A DNA stretch of 64,000 bases from the human T2T-CHM13v2.0 reference genome, Homo sapiens (GCF_009914755.1 NC_060925.1); one strand, 5' to 3'; positions 1 through 15,202 are shown, counted from the first letter of the stretch. A program made the numbers and translations. Notes: generated by a model from the letters alone, not told the origin.

Positions 1-71
1 GAGTGAGCCAACCTACAATAACCACCAAAAGGTTAAAAATAATCCTTTTTTCTGTTTGAAAAGATACGTAA

Positions 72-393
<322 letters not shown>

Positions 394-777
394 CATTTGC
401 AAGTAGTTCTATGAAAAATGGTTAAAATAGAAAATGTGCTTAATAATATTAACTACTTTTCAGTAAGCACTTTCAATATACCAGACTCCTTATTCATCTT
501 ATATCTAATTCTTCCAACAGTGTTTTAAAATTAATGAAAGAAACAGAGGCCCAGAGAAGGTCAGGAACATGCCATAAAGCCTGAAGCCAGTAAACAAGGG
601 AGCTGAGGTTTGAAATAGATTCTATGTTAGAGGATCCCTCAGTTAATGACAGGGAATTCAACCAGAACTTATGTCCAAGTAGAGTTAAACACCCCTCTCA
701 AAACAGCCAGAAAATATATTGATAATGCCTGTTAATGTGAACCTGCAGGTTTTTGCTGTTTGAGAAGCAATGATACC

Positions 778-1206
778 TGTTAAAAGGTGAACTGAGGCAC
801 AATAAAATTTGAAAGAGTTTATTTGCACAAACAGCGACTGATAAATTGAACAACTCCAAGCTGGAAGTGGTTCAGGAGATCCAACCAGGGAACACCAGGG
901 GAAGGCTTTTCTAGGGCAAACACAGAAGGAAGTAAAGAAAAGAAAACATTTGATTGGTTACTGTTATACAGTTGCCTTATTTGATCTATCTTGCTGGAAA
1001 GTCCTTAGTTAAATAAGTTATTTGGCAGCTTCTGATAGGTTAGTCTTAAGTTTCATTTTTTCTTTAATACAGGCATTTACAAGAAGTAGCACAAGTTTGG
1101 TTTATGTTTGCAAATTGAGCAAAGTTAAGGTCACTTATGAGACCTAATTGGCTTTATCTTCTCAGAGATTCTTCAAGTCTGGTCTCCATTTTAATTTACC
1201 TTTACA
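778..1206 (-). mobile_element. ERV1 solo LTR, MER57-like
   Basis: TG...CA termini, 4-bp TSD tacc/tact; CCAAT boxes and AATAAA on the minus strand; resembles the MER57F consensus as remembered. Confidence 0.75.
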
Positions 1207-1361
1207 TACTTAATTATTTTTTTAAAAAAAATAAGAAATTTGTTTCTAAGAGATGTGAAGAACTAACATACTGTATCCAGTGCAGCGCCAACTGATTTAC
1301 ACATTTTTAACTATTTTAATCACTCACCTCTGTCATGTAGGTATTAAAATTATTTAGTGCC

Positions 1362-1694
<333 letters not shown>

Positions 1695-4032
1695 TTAGAT
1701 TATCTCATTTCAGGTAAAGATAGGGACTTGCTACCTTTTCTCAGATAAACTCTAAACTGCGCAGTCTTACTCTTGCCTTACCCACTCTGCGTCTCACTCT
1801 GACATTACTCCTTGATCCCAGTCTGCCCTGTTTCACCCTTCAGACTCAACTGCTGTTGTCTTCCTCAATATAATGGGCTTCCCTTGTCTGTGTTTTTGCC
1901 TCCCACTCAGCTGGCCTCTGGAGGGCCCTTCCCCAGGCACAACTGCAGGATGCTTCCAGCTAGTTTAACCCAACCTGGCAGGTGGGACACAGGCAGGTAC
2001 ACAGACACGCCACTGCTCTGAGGGAGCCCATAGAGAAAAGGGAGGAAAGGAGATCAGTGAGTGGCCTCATTGCATCTGACCATTGTAATGATAGGAGGAA
2101 GGATGTACAAAAGGCTGCAGGAGGGAGTAAATTGCACCTGCCTTTCCATGATAACTCTGGTGGGACTGGATGAACTTGACACTCTGGAACAGAGATTATT
2201 CCATGCATTCAAGAAGAAATGAGGCATCTGAAATTTCTAAGTGGAGTTACAGCCATTACCAAGTTCAGGATTGGAAATGGGAGTAAGTGGTGGGAAAGAC
2301 AGAATCAAGAGATAAGCAGCCAGGGAAGGAGTAGGGAATAAAATAAATTTTATCTAAACCATTCTAATTTCTTGTTGCTCTCTCCCTGCTCAACAACCCC
2401 ACTGAGGAATTTAATTTAGCTCAGTATAAAATAATCTACAAATATATTCATTCATCAATTTCTTTTTAGGCAATTATTCTGAGATTTCTAGCTAATGGGG
2501 GGGTACTGAAAGATGTATGAAAATGTTGATTTTTGGCTTTAAGAGCTCCTATATGAAGTAAGAAAGCCAACTCTGAATTTAAAGGGATGTCTGTGGAAAG
2601 GAAGCTTAAATGTGTGTAAGTTGTAATGTGATGCAGGCTATTCTTTTCAGTAGTCCACTTAGTAGGGACTGTGCAGCCAGCGCAGTGCCAGACTGTAGTG
2701 GGTGCTTTGAATTATTTGTTAACTTAATGCATACATTAATGAATTGTACTACATCCGTTCATCCTAATAAGCTGAGAGTGAACAAGAACCTCTTTAGACT
2801 TCATTCACTAGGATTGAATAAACAGCTTTTCAGTAATGCTTCAAATTTGAGCTTTCAAAAATTCATGCTTTCCACTGTGGCCTAGTCTCTAACCATTGCC
2901 AATTCACAGGTTATTTGAAGGTGTCAGCAACCATGAGAGATTTCTCAGAAAATACCACAGAGTGTTGCTTCAAAGAATTTCCACAATTGCTGTCAAGTTC
3001 AGGATCAAGGAGGAAAAATAGAAGTAATAGATTTTTTTGTAAAGAAAAAATCTTGTATCTTACCTGAAAGTTTAATTTCAAAAGATAAATAGTGCTGTGT
3101 ATTATAAGATATGATTTTTCCTCTATTCTGAAACTTATGCTTAAAAATCTGAATACAGACATCACAATCACTTGATATATACTTGATAATGTTTATTTTT
3201 TCGTTTTTTTACCAAAGCTTTATTTAGAGTTCATATGTTCATGACAAATGAATTCTAGCAGAAGCCCAAAAAGATGATATGGTCTCATACAACTGAATGA
3301 TTAATGCAGCAGTAATTTCCAACTAAATTCTGTCTGTCTCAGAAGATTTTGTAAAGCCTTAGGTGAAATCCTTTTGGCTCAGTGAGCAGTTGCTGCATGA
3401 CTGCAGCGTACTTGTGATTGCTGGCTCATTTCATCGGTTCAATCTGAATTCTTAAAACAATGAAATCTGATATTAAAAATATCAAGTAGTGCATTTTCTA
3501 AAATCCCATGGATAGGTAATTCCACAGTTGTACTGCTCCACTTCATATTCTGTGAAATGATAGCCCTACTTTAAAATTGTAAGAGAAGAGACAAAACATA
3601 GGAAACTTCAGTTATCTCAAATTTTCCTCTGTTACTTGTAGTTGTTCAAAATGGCATTCTCTGCAGCTAAGGACTTTTCCCTCTCCCTGCAGTCCTGATC
3701 AACCTCATCACCCTGTCTTGACCTGGATTCTTCTGGGAAGCCACCCTGATGGGGACAGATGCCCCCACTCTGAGGTCCCATAACACCCCATTTTGAGTCC
3801 ATTCATGGCAATTATGTTATTTTATAATTCTACTTCTTTATGATTCTACCATCTTTCTACTATAACTCTGTCTTTATAATTCCACTGTCTGCTCTCCTTT
3901 TTATAATTCTGCTGTCATCATCAATATTTTATTTCCAGCAGCTGGCTTGGAGCCCATAAATTCACCTTCAATATATATTTACTAAATGAATAGACATTAC
4001 TGGACTGTGAATTTTTTGATGACCCTCATTAA

Positions 4033-4033
<1 letters not shown>

Positions 4034-4077
<44 letters not shown>

Positions 4078-4109
4078 CACACACTTAATATATATAGTTA
4101 ATATATATG
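4034..4109. repeat. (CA)n/(TA)n compound microsatellite
   Basis: Directly visible. Confidence 0.95.
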
Positions 4110-4614
4110 GGGGAAGAAAGAGCAAAAACAAAGCCTGAAAAAATGTTTCCACTTGAAAACCATTTTTCAAATCTTCTCTGCAGTTGATCATAGGTAACAC
4201 CTTTCAAGATCTCTAGTCTTTAAATTGCTGTAAACATGCTTTGTTTTCATTTTAAGACTTAGATCTCTTGGTTAAACTGCACATCAAATTTTGACATTTT
4301 TTGCTTCTACACTCGCATAAAGTAAATTGAAATTCTTCAAATAATGCAAATTTCAGAAATAATGTGTAATGTCACTGAAACAAAAGCTCTATAAGAGAAA
4401 GTATTTTGACTGAATTCTTTACTATTGTATCTCAATCTCCTAGAACACTTGGTACATAGTAAGTGCTAAATAAATATTTGTTGAGCGAAACATAGATTTA
4501 AACCAACACCCTAATCACAACCTGGATTTGGAAACATAAAGAGAAGAATCTAGAAAAAATGAACAGGACCAGACAAGTGAAAGCAACTCTTGTCTATCAA
4601 AGGACAAAAACAGG

Positions 4615-4845
4615 GCTGGTGATTAAAAACTCAGAAGTCAGGGGCAAACAGATCACAGTTCTAGGCCATTCACGAGTTCTTGACCTTTTGCACAAGTTTT
4701 TGAAACTCTTAGGGCCTCAGTTCTACCATCTGAAAACTGAATCTCATAATGCCTGCCTCCTAAGTGGGCTGTGAGGACTGAGTGAGAAAAGGTAATTAAA
4801 GAACTAAGCACAGTGCCCAGCACAGAAAAAGCACTAACAAGACAC
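4615..4845 (+). mobile_element. MIR
   Basis: MIR core (gcctcagttctaccatctgaaaa...gtgaggactgagtgag...agcacagtgcccagcacag); boundaries approximate. Confidence 0.75.
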
Positions 4846-6152
4846 AGATATTCTTATTATTTTGATGAGATTGGCCTTGGTACTGTCCAGAAGAATTATT
4901 AGTGCTATGGTAGCCATATGTGCTATGTACTTTCACATACTGATTCTTTCAATGTATTGGATTTCTGACAAGAGAGAAATTCCCATAATCCAGTGGTATT
5001 TTTAAAATCTCAGGAAAGTGGCTCCCACAGCTCCTATGAAATGATGAGCTGAGAAAAGTGAACACAGCTTAACAGTCAGAAGAAGTGTTGCCAAGCCTGT
5101 CACCAACTATAAAAGCCCTTCAGAAGCTATTTGATAAGCTCTTGTGTTGATTTTTTCTCTCTTCTTCTGTCTTCTTCCGATTTGGCTTCCACTGTCTATT
5201 GATTTTTTTCCCTTCTCTCTCTTTGAGCATGGTCTCAGTAGACACCAAGGACATTGGGTAGGACTGCCAATTTCATATTTTGTTCATGCCTATGTTATTC
5301 ACAAACCTTCTCAATTTTTATTATATTCAAATAAACCTTATGCTGGTGAAATGTTGCAAGGAACTCAATGATAAATATTACATTAAGCAAAATGTAGTTT
5401 GGTATGGTGATCCAAGGGCTGACTTTGAAGTCACAAAGACAAGGGTTTGAATTCTGGCAAGTCTCTTAATCTCTCTAAGATGAAATGTCCTCATCTGTAA
5501 AATGGGAATGAAGGTAAGTGACTTGCAAGATTAATTAAGGATTATAGATAATATATATAAAGCTCTCATATCACATGAGTGTTGAAATAAATTATATCTG
5601 TGGTTATTAGTGTAATCTATAATAGCATATACTCCAAAACATAAATGATCTAATCAAAATATGTGCTAAATAATGACAAATAATACCTTACATTCATTGA
5701 GCACTTCACTGAGCTGGACAACATCATGCAAATATGTTTTAGGAAGATGATAGGTACCTGGTGATCAATTCTCTTCTACTGCATGCTCAGTTATATCTAA
5801 GGTATATCTATTCAAAGTGATGGATTCCATGAGAAACCTGAAATCCAGTTCTGAGAGCTACTCATTACTTTTCAAAATGACTAAATCAGAAGACAACACC
5901 AACAGCTACTTATTTTAATGAAGACATTTTTCAGAAGAAATGTCAACCACAAATCTGTCTTGGCAGTTGCACGCCATGTTATTTTCTATCATTTTACTTT
6001 TCAACATTGGCAAGCGGGAGCTGCCTGAAGGATGAGCAGCTTTCAAGTTTCTATCAAGAGAAGGAAAATGGAGTCTGTTTACTTCTGTTTTTAGTTCTTT
6101 CTATCTAAAAATCTTACAGTTCCTTTTTAAAACATGTAATATTTATGGAGAG

Positions 6153-6154
<2 letters not shown>

Positions 6155-6218
<64 letters not shown>
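6155..6218. repeat. (GT)17(GA)15 compound microsatellite
   Basis: Directly visible. Confidence 0.97.
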
Positions 6219-6226
<8 letters not shown>

Positions 6227-7152
6227 TCAAGCGTGTGCTCATCTATGGGTGGGTGCTGCTGAGGGTCAAGAATGCAGAAGAATATAAGAAGAAAGTAAAA
6301 ATCACCCATTATTCTGAAGCCCAGAAATAACCATTGTTATCATTTTGAGTCTTTTTCTGTGCAGTGTTTTTCTATGATATTTTGACAGTATGATGGTTGA
6401 AATCATATTGTACTCTGCTTTAAAAATTTTTTAACTTAAAATTATTCACAAGCATGTTTACAAGGCATCAATTGGGCAATTTATTTACCCCCAAAAGCCT
6501 CAGTGGTAATGACCCAGTGTTTCTACTTCACAGAGTTGGCATGAGGTTCAAATTAGAAAACACGTGAGAACCCTTTGTAAGTCACTTACAGAACGCACAA
6601 ATGAAATTATTTGTTCTCATCTCCATGTCTTGAGGAGTCAAAAGGTCCCCATTGATTAAGCAGCTGCAGAACCCTCTGCAGATCACTCTGAGGATCTAGA
6701 AAAGACCAAGACAACTATTGGTCTGAGAGTTTACAGAATGATCCCAGAGATAAAGCCAAAACATGAAAACATTAAGGAAAAAAGTAGAGGCTTAAACTCT
6801 CCTTTTGACACAAGTAGAATTTTGTCTTAATTACTTAAAAAGATTATCCAATACTGAATTCCTTCTATCCTTAGCTCTTTCAATTTGAAAATGAGTCATG
6901 CTTCAAAAAATTATTTTTTCTTACCTCAGACAAAATTATAATTTTACCTGCAATAATGTGATTTGTCAGTTGAATAGTAAGTTTCCTATCCCCTGAAAAA
7001 AAAAAAGAGGAAAGAAAAAGCCTATTTTTGTAAATTCAGATTATTTATAAGGATTGGTTTAAATTAAAACCAGTGTTTTTACTGAGGAAAAAAAATCTTG
7101 AACTAAAACAAAAAAAAAAGAAGAAGAAAAGGAAAAGAATAAAAGAATTACA

Positions 7153-7465
<313 letters not shown>

Positions 7466-8299
7466 TTAAGATTCTATTAATTTATGTTATAGAAAAAATT
7501 AAAACTATTTGTTTTCACCACAAGCATATAAAGAATATTTTTTCATAATTAACATGTTACTATGGAAAATCCATATGTAGCATGTTAATGCCTGGAAGTT
7601 AAAATGGTTTTTATATTTTTTCTTATCCTTTTCTACAAATTTTTTATATGTATTCTGTAAACTTTTTTGTAAAAACTTTTCTGTAAATTTTTAACATGTA
7701 TACTGTTGATAATCTGAAAAAAAAATGGATAAAAATGGTTTAAAACAGCATATACTTCAAAGTAAAACATAACAGTAAACCAGCCAGCTGAAATAAATGA
7801 GGAATGGGAGAATTCAGCTCAAACAGACAAAACATAGCAATATGGTATCTGCAGGAAACCAATCAAATATTTGCCATAAGGGAAAGTGCATGCATAACTT
7901 ATTCGAACTTTTTATAAATCCTCTCCCTATGTAATTCGCTAGCTTTACTTCACATTATTTATTTGGTTTCATAGTATGTCAAACAGCTGTCAAATACAAT
8001 GGCAGTGTTTTTTCCTGCCTTCATGAAGTCTACCAGGAATATAAAATATCAGAAGTTGTCCAAAGTTAAACAACTTTGTCAGAGCCGGGAATTGAATTAA
8101 TAGGCCAAGGGACGAACCTTGAGTTAGCTGGAGCTGAGAGATAGATTGGTAAGGGACCAAGTAGAGTTTACCAATACTCAGAAGAAGATGAAGAATAACA
8201 CAGGAAAAGAGGTCAAATGAAGCAGTCAGCACAAAGAGAGGGAAATGGATTTTCTTAGGGGCCAGCCCATAGAAAGCACTAGGTTGTTTTCCCATTCAT

Positions 8300-8950
8300 T
8301 AATTCGGTAAGTATGCATTACCATTGGTGAATAGATTAGAGTTGAATAACATTGACTAGAGAGCAACAAAACATCTGAGCCAAAGCAACATCTTAGGACT
8401 GATAGAGGAAGAAGAGTCGGGGAGGGGAAGAGAAGGTGGTCAAAGATGTGAGAGAAAATGAGAATTGGGATATCATAGATGCTAAATTTAAAATGTTCCA
8501 GGGAGAGAAATGTCAACTGTCCAAAGTTGCTTCTCTGAGAAGTCAAGCAGGATGAGGACAGTAAAAGCCTGTTCATTTCAACAGCTGGCAGGAAGTTTGT
8601 GAGTTTTATCATCTATTGCTTGTTTGGTGGATTGACAGAGACAGAAACCAGGATAGAGTAGGCAGAGAAGTTAGGGGGGGTGGATGTCAGAAAATGGAGT
8701 TGGATGAGCAGATGCAGAAGACTAAAGACATCTGACTGCAAAGGAAAGAAAAAAACTAAGGCAGCAGTTAGAAGGGGAAAGGAGGAATGGAGAAAAGAGT
8801 TTTTGGTGTGTTTGTGTGCTTGTTTGGTTTGGTTTTGTATTACATTGGTTTTGTTTTTGGGAATGAGAGACTTGAGCATGCTTCAGTGCTGGATGAAGGT
8901 ACACATTTGAGAGGGAGAGACTGACTTTTAATCTGTGACTGTAAGCAGCC
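8300..8950 (-). mobile_element. Degenerate L2
   Basis: Purine-rich L2-antisense-like sequence (agaagtcaagcaggatgaggac...); boundaries approximate. Confidence 0.5.
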
Positions 8951-9449
8951 TTGTTGAAAAGTCTAGAATAGATCAAAACCAGCAATTCAACTAACTTCAA
9001 CGAATATGTGTTATTCTTATGGGCCAGGGATCAAACATGAACAAGATAAACTCCCTGCCTTTTAGAAGCTATAGTTTGGGGAAAACTTGCTCATAGGAAG
9101 GATATTCAGGCAACGGGCAGGAGGCCACATAATGAAAATGTGACAAAATACAGTCCAGAAGAAAATTACCAGAAAAATAAAGACCAATGCAAGCCCACAA
9201 GCCACCACAAACTCTCCCTTCTAGCTTGGCCTCCTAATGCTCCCTGTCCAGTTTTCCCATCCAAGCTTTGCTGCTCACTTGAGATGCTCTGGCTCTTCTA
9301 TTCTACCTTTCAGATCCTATATTTTACTGTCATTCATTATTTCACCTATTTTCCCTGACTACTCAAGCCTCTACAGTCTCCTCTGTTTCTAAATTCCTTT
9401 ACTACTTAATGTTCGTAACAGACATTTTGGTTCTTAAGTATTTCCTGAG

Positions 9450-9640
9450 AGGCAATGTGGTATTAAGGGAAGGAGCTCTAACTTTGGTCTCAAAGCGACC
9501 TGGTTCAAATCCAGCTTCTATCACTTACTACCTATAGGACCTGACAACTACTGTATTTAGTTTCTCCATCTCTAGAATGGACAGAGAAGTTTACCTCTGA
9601 TGGTTACTATTAAGACTAAGTGAAATAATATGTATAAAGC
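9450..9640 (+). mobile_element. MIR
   Basis: gacctggttcaaatccagcttctatcacttact...tttctccatctctagaatgg. Confidence 0.75.
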
Positions 9641-9732
9641 AACTATTAAGACTAAGTGAAATACTATTAAGACTAAGTGAAATAATATGTATAAAGCAAC
9701 TTATACAAAGTTTGGGCAACTTATACAAAGTT
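9606..9732. repeat. Complex serial micro-duplication (A-B-A-A-B-C-C)
   Basis: actattaagactaagtgaaat occurs three times (9606, 9642, 9663); gcaacttatacaaagtt occurs twice (9696, 9716). Confidence 0.95.
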
Positions 9733-9751
9733 GTGTGTATCATGAGCCCTG

Positions 9752-10124
9752 TGTATTAGTCCATTTTCATGCTGCTGTTAAAGACATACTGAGACTGGGC
9801 AATTTATAAAAGAAAGAGTTTAATTAGACTCACAGTTCCACGTGGCTGGGGAGGCCTCACGATAATGGCAGAAGGCAAAGAGGAGCAAGTCACATCTTAT
9901 GTGGATGACAGCAAGCAAAGAGAGCTTGTGCAGGGTAATTTCCATTTTTAAACCCATCAGATCTCATGAGACTCATTCGCTATGACAAGAACAGCGCAGG
10001 AAAGACATCCTCACCCCCGCCGTAATTCAGTCACCTCCTACCGGGTTCCTCCCAGGACATGTGGGAATTGTGGGAGTTACAATTCCAGGTGAGATTTGGG
10101 TGGGGACACAGCCAAATCATATCA
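9752..10124 (-). mobile_element. THE1 (MaLR) solo LTR, THE1A/B-like, inserted into a MIR
   Basis: tgtattagtccattttcatgctgctg...gacacagccaaatcatatca; 5-bp TSD ccctg/cccta. Confidence 0.93.
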
Positions 10125-10849
10125 CCCTACTCTGCTGTGGCATCTTGGGTAGGTAACTTACCATGACTGTGCCCCAGATTCCTCCTTATAAAAAATGATT
10201 CCTAATTGGTATCCATCTCATAGAGTTGTTGAGAAGAATGGGGCAATAAGAAGAATGAGGGAATACACATATGGTGCTTAGAACAGGACCAGGTTCTTAG
10301 GAAATAAATGTTTGTTGGATTTTTTTTCTTTACTGCCATTATGTTATCACAGTAAAGGATAGTTTACTTAAAATGTTTGCAACTCACCCTCAAGCAATAT
10401 TGACATTCTTATTTTCAGATCATTTCACTTCAGTGAGCACAATGTTTTAATTTTTAAAAACGTTTTTGCATTCTTTTGATTTTTCTCTTACGTGGTTTAA
10501 AAAGTGGGCTTTATTATATATGCTTCCTCAATTGTAGTTCAATACTTTAATACTTTAAAACCGCCATTATCTGTCCAAGCATATATTAATTAAATGACCT
10601 GGTCATTTAAATATATGTCATTTAATGTCACAACTCATGAGCCACTGGAAGGATCACTATGGTATCAACTAATCTTTCTTCATAGCCTATACTTCCTTAT
10701 TGTATACCAAAAAACCCAAAAGATTATAAATAATTAAGACTCATAAAGTTACACATTATGCAAATCACAATCACTTTTTAAAAGCACCCCAACAGAAAAC
10801 TTTCTCTAAGCAGGGCATGAAGCATGAATGCACAGAAGAAATAGAAATA

Positions 10850-11140
10850 ATCATCAAACAAATTATAAAAACTTGTTTTACAAGTCATCAGAAAAATCAA
10901 ATCAGTAGTAAGACTCCATGTTTATATGTGTCAAATTAAAAGAGATTGCTTTAAAGCATAATGTTCAGTGTTGGCTGGTAATATAAATTGCTGCCACTTT
11001 GAAAAGTAATTTGGTAATATGAATCAAAATCCTTAGCCATGTGCATACCCTTTGACCCAATAATTTCACTCTTAGAAATCTGTCCTGATGCAATGACCAT
11101 AGATAAGGATAAGTGTTTATGAAGAAGAATATTCAAACAC
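10850..11140 (+). mobile_element. Ancient L1M(E) fragment
   Basis: ccactttgaaaagtaatttggtaatat...cataccctttgacccaataatttcactcttagaaatc, typical of the end of L1M ORF2. Confidence 0.65.
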
Positions 11141-11144
11141 ATAA

Positions 11145-12240
11145 TCACTTCCTTGGTGGTCTCATTTACCCTCATGTTTATAGACATCCCTATACAATGC
11201 TGACTCTCAAATTTATATTTCCAAGCTTGACCTCTTCCTTGAACTCTGGAGTCCTATATGCAACTGCCCATTGACACCTCCACTTGGATGTCTAATAGGC
11301 ATCTCAGGTGTAACACATACAGACTGACCCCCTGCCTTCTCAGCCCCCAACACATACAACCCTATGCTACTACCAGTCTTCTCCATTTCTGTTGGTGGCA
11401 CCTCTATCCTTCTATAGGAGTCTGAGCCAAAAGCTTTGTGGTCTTTTTCAATAAGTCCTACTGGTTCTTCCTTCAGAACATATCCAGAATTCCACTGCTT
11501 CCCACAGCCTCTACCACTACCACTCTTGTCCAAGCCACACCATCTCTCTACTGGATTCTTGCCGTGGCCTCTTAACTGGTCTTCCTGCTTTTGACCTTGC
11601 CCTCTTGCAGTCTAGTCACATAGCAGCCCAAGGAAACATTTTTTAAAGTTAATAAGATGATGTCACTTTCCTATTTGAACCCTTCAATGACATTCACTCT
11701 CACTCAGAATTAAATCCAAAGTCATTCCCATGTCCCAGGAGGCCTTCTGTATGATGTAGTATCCTGTTCTCTCTATGACCTTATCAGCTCCTGCTTTCCT
11801 CTTTGTTTATCCCACTTCTCTCACTGTCCCCCCACTGTTGTTAGAGGCCCCATGCACAATTCCACCTCAGGGCCTTTTGCTGTTTCCCTCTGCTTCCATG
11901 CTGTGCCCTGATAGTCACATGGCTTGCTTCTTACTCTCTTCAAGTCTTTGTTCAAATGTTACCTTCTCATTGAGATCTTCCTTGACCCACTATTAAAAAT
12001 GCAACACCCCTTAACCACACTCCTGATCCTTCCTACCTGCTTTATTTTTCTCCAGGACATTTATTACTTTCTAGTATACCATTTCATTTATGTTATTCTT
12101 TGTCTACCTCTTCTGGTTAGATTGTAAGCTCCATGAAGGCCGGGATTTTTTTTGTCTGTTTTATTCATTGCTGTGCAATGCCTAGAGTGGTGCATGGTAC
12201 GTGGAAAGTGTTCAATAAATATTTGTTGAATGAGTTAATA
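11145..12240 (+). mobile_element. L2a, 3' portion
   Basis: ctccacttggatgtctaataggcatctc; ends ...gttcaataaatatttgttgaatgag (L2 tail). Confidence 0.88.
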
Positions 12241-12404
12241 AATTTACAAGAGCAAAAAAAGGAAATAAAGTCCAACAATAGAATTGTCAGTTATATCATG
12301 GTACATTCAAACAATGATATGTTAATGGACATTAAGAATTAGTTTTCAGAGACTTTTAATACCATAGAAATGTATGGAATTAAAGATTATCTTAACACAT
12401 TATA

Positions 12405-13510
12405 CTTTTTAAGTTTTATTTTTTAATTGACATATAATAATTGTACATATTTATGGGGCACATAGTGATATTTCAGTACATGTAAGGTGCAATGATCAGA
12501 TCAGGGTAATTGGGTTTTCTGTCATTTCAAACATTAATCATTTCTTTGTGTTGGGAACATTAACTATCTTCCTTCTAGCTATTTGAAATTGTATGATATG
12601 CTATTGTTAACTATAGTCATCCTATAGTAGTATGTAACTCTAGAACTTATTCTTTCTATCTAGCTGTAATTTTGTAGCCCTTAACAAATCTCTGTATCAT
12701 CCCCTTCCCCCTACTCTTCCTGGCCTCTAGCATCCTTTGTTCTTTTTACTTTTGTGAGATCAACTTTTTCAGCTTCCACCTATGAGTGAGACCATGTAGT
12801 GTTTAATTTTCTGTTCCTGGCTTATTTTACTTAACATAACGTCCTTCAGTTCCATCTGTATTGCTGCAAATGACAGGATTTCATTATTTTTTGTGACTGA
12901 ATAGTATTCTGTTGGATGTGTATAGGACATTTAGTTTATCCATTCGTCTGTTGATGAACATAGGTTGATTCCATATCTTGGCTTTTGTGAATAGAGCTTC
13001 AATAAACATGGGGGTACAGCTGTCTCTTCAGTATACTGATTGCTTTTCCTTTGGATAAATGCCCAGTAGTGGGACTGCTGGACCATACAGTACTTCTACT
13101 TTTATTGTTTTTGAGGAGCCTCCATACTGTTCTCCATAGTGGCTGTACTAGTTTACATTCCCAACAACAGTGTATGGCCTACCCCTGTTTTTGCACCTTC
13201 ACCAACATTTGTTGTTTTTTTTATCTTTTGATAACATTCATGCTACCTGGTGAGATGATACTTCATTGTATTTTGTTTTGCATTTCCTTGATGATTAGTG
13301 ATATTGAACATTTTTTCATATATTTGTTGGCCATTTTTCTTCTTTTAAAAAATGCCTGTTCAGGTCAATGGCTCATTTTTTAATTGGATTGTTTGTGTTT
13401 CCGCTGTGGAGATGTTTGAGTTCCTTGTATATTCTGGATCTTAATCTCCTGTTGGATGAATAGTTTGCAAGTATCTTCTCCCATTCTGTAGGTTGTCTTT
13501 TTACTCTGTT
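12405..13510 (-). mobile_element. L1MA 3' portion
   Basis: taattgacatataataattgtacatatttatgggg... followed by antisense L1 ORF2-end sequence. Confidence 0.88.
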
Positions 13511-13657
13511 AAAAAAAATTTTCCTGTCACCTGGGCTGAAGTGCAGTGGCACGATCCTAGCTCAGTGCAGCCTCAAACTCCTGGGTTTGGGCAATGTTAT
13601 ACTTTGTTTCATCTTGAAGGAAATATAGCAAATTATTAACTCTGGTGTTCTGTAGGT

Positions 13658-13991
13658 CAGCAGTCCCCAACCTCTTTGGCACAAGGGACCAGTTTTGTGG
13701 AAAACAATTTTTCCATGGGGTTGGGGGATTGTTTCAGGATGAAACTGTTCCACCTCAGATGGTCAGGCATTAGTTAGATTCTCATAAGAAGCACACAACC
13801 TAGATCCCTTGCATGTGCAGTCCACAATAGGGTTCACGCTTCTGTGAGAATCTAATGGCACTGCTGATCTGACAGGAGATGGAGCTCAGGCAGTAATGCT
13901 CCCTTGCCCACTGCTCACTTCCTGCTGTGCAGCCCAGTTCCAGCAGGCCATGGACAGGACCAGTCTGTGGCCTGGGACTTGGGGACCTCTG
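13658..13991 (-). mobile_element. MER1B (hAT-Charlie MITE)
   Basis: TIRs cagcagtccccaa / ttggggacctctg; 8-bp TSD ctgtaggt/ctctaggt. Confidence 0.92.
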
Positions 13992-14133
13992 CTCTAGGTG
14001 ATGTTTCCAAGAGGTTTCTTTTATCTCTTTTGTAATTCTCTTTTATTTCTAAATATGCACATTGCTTTTATAATCAGAGTTTTCTTTCAAAAGCTATATA
14101 ATTCATGTTTCTTTTCAAAAAAACATGTAATGG

Positions 14134-14245
14134 CACTGCTTGGGCGATGGGTGCACCAGAATCTCAGAAATCACCACTAAAGAACTTATCCATGTGACCA
14201 AACACCACCTGTTCCCCGAAAACCTATTGAAATAAAAATAAGAAG
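14134..14245 (+). mobile_element. 5'-truncated L1PB 3' end
   Basis: gggtgcaccagaatctcagaaatcaccactaaagaacttatccatgtgacc...aaataaaaa; flanked by a TSD-like aaaaa(c)atgtaatgg. Confidence 0.8.
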
Positions 14246-14942
14246 ACTGGAAAAAATGTAATGGAAATTAAATCATAATAATAATTATAGCTACTATTGA
14301 TAAAGGGTATCAGAGACTTTATGCACAAGGGCTAGGTCTTCTATGCCCATTATGAAAGAGACAGAAAAAAACAAGTTTTATAGTCAGGTCCTACTTAGTT
14401 TCTTTAAGCCTCTATTTGCTCATCTGTGAACTAGCCTAACAATACCCCCAGAGAATTTCTCTGCAGATTAAATGAGGTTAGGCATATAAAATATTTGGTC
14501 CAGTGCCTAGCACATTATAAGCCCTTGATAATTTGTAGGTGCTATTCCTATTTTTGTTTTGGTTGCCATCATTATCTCCCATATGTTTAACAACCTTTAA
14601 TTATAATATGGATAAGACTATTATATTTATAGAGATAAAATAATTTGTCCAAGTTCACACAGCAAGTGAGTGATAGATCCAGAATTTGTTTCATCCCTGC
14701 CAAGATGCAAAGCCCATGCCTGGTCTCTCTACCACACCATTCTACCTCTACCCCAGGAATAAGGGTTGCAAAGCTTTATTTTCACAGTGAGCACCAAAGT
14801 GTATGGTATCAAGTTATTCATACTCAGCTGCCTTATTTTTGACATTCTCCTCTGGATGAATGTGTGAACATGAACCATATGTCTTAGAGTTAAACTTTCA
14901 GGAAAGAACGTGTGATTTTCAACTTGTGGACAATTTTTAGTT

Positions 14943-15202
14943 TATAGTATCTCTACTCTTCAGTAAGGTCAAATCATAATGACAAGAGGTTGTCACCGGG
15001 CTACAATGCTGGTAAATTACTCAGTGACTTAAAATTCGCTTTTAACTTATATATACCTTAAGCAGAAGACTTAGTATTTTTTCCATCTTTAAAATAAAGG
15101 TTTTTGACTCATATTAGCCTTCACCCATCATTGTTAAATGTCAACGGTCTACCTGTGAATAGTATCATCTTCACTTCAGAAATGCCAAGGCTCTGAAGCT
15201 AT
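14943..15202 (+). repeat. Left arm (donor/template) of a 260-bp inverted repeat
   Basis: Reverse complement of 16427-16686 with a single mismatch (15139 vs 16490). Confidence 0.97.

Noticed and set aside
5041-5115. C/D-box-like ATGATGA...CTGA and a TATAAAAG box
   Set aside because: The boxes are adjacent, with no terminal stem or guide region; an isolated TATA without other promoter features is uninformative.
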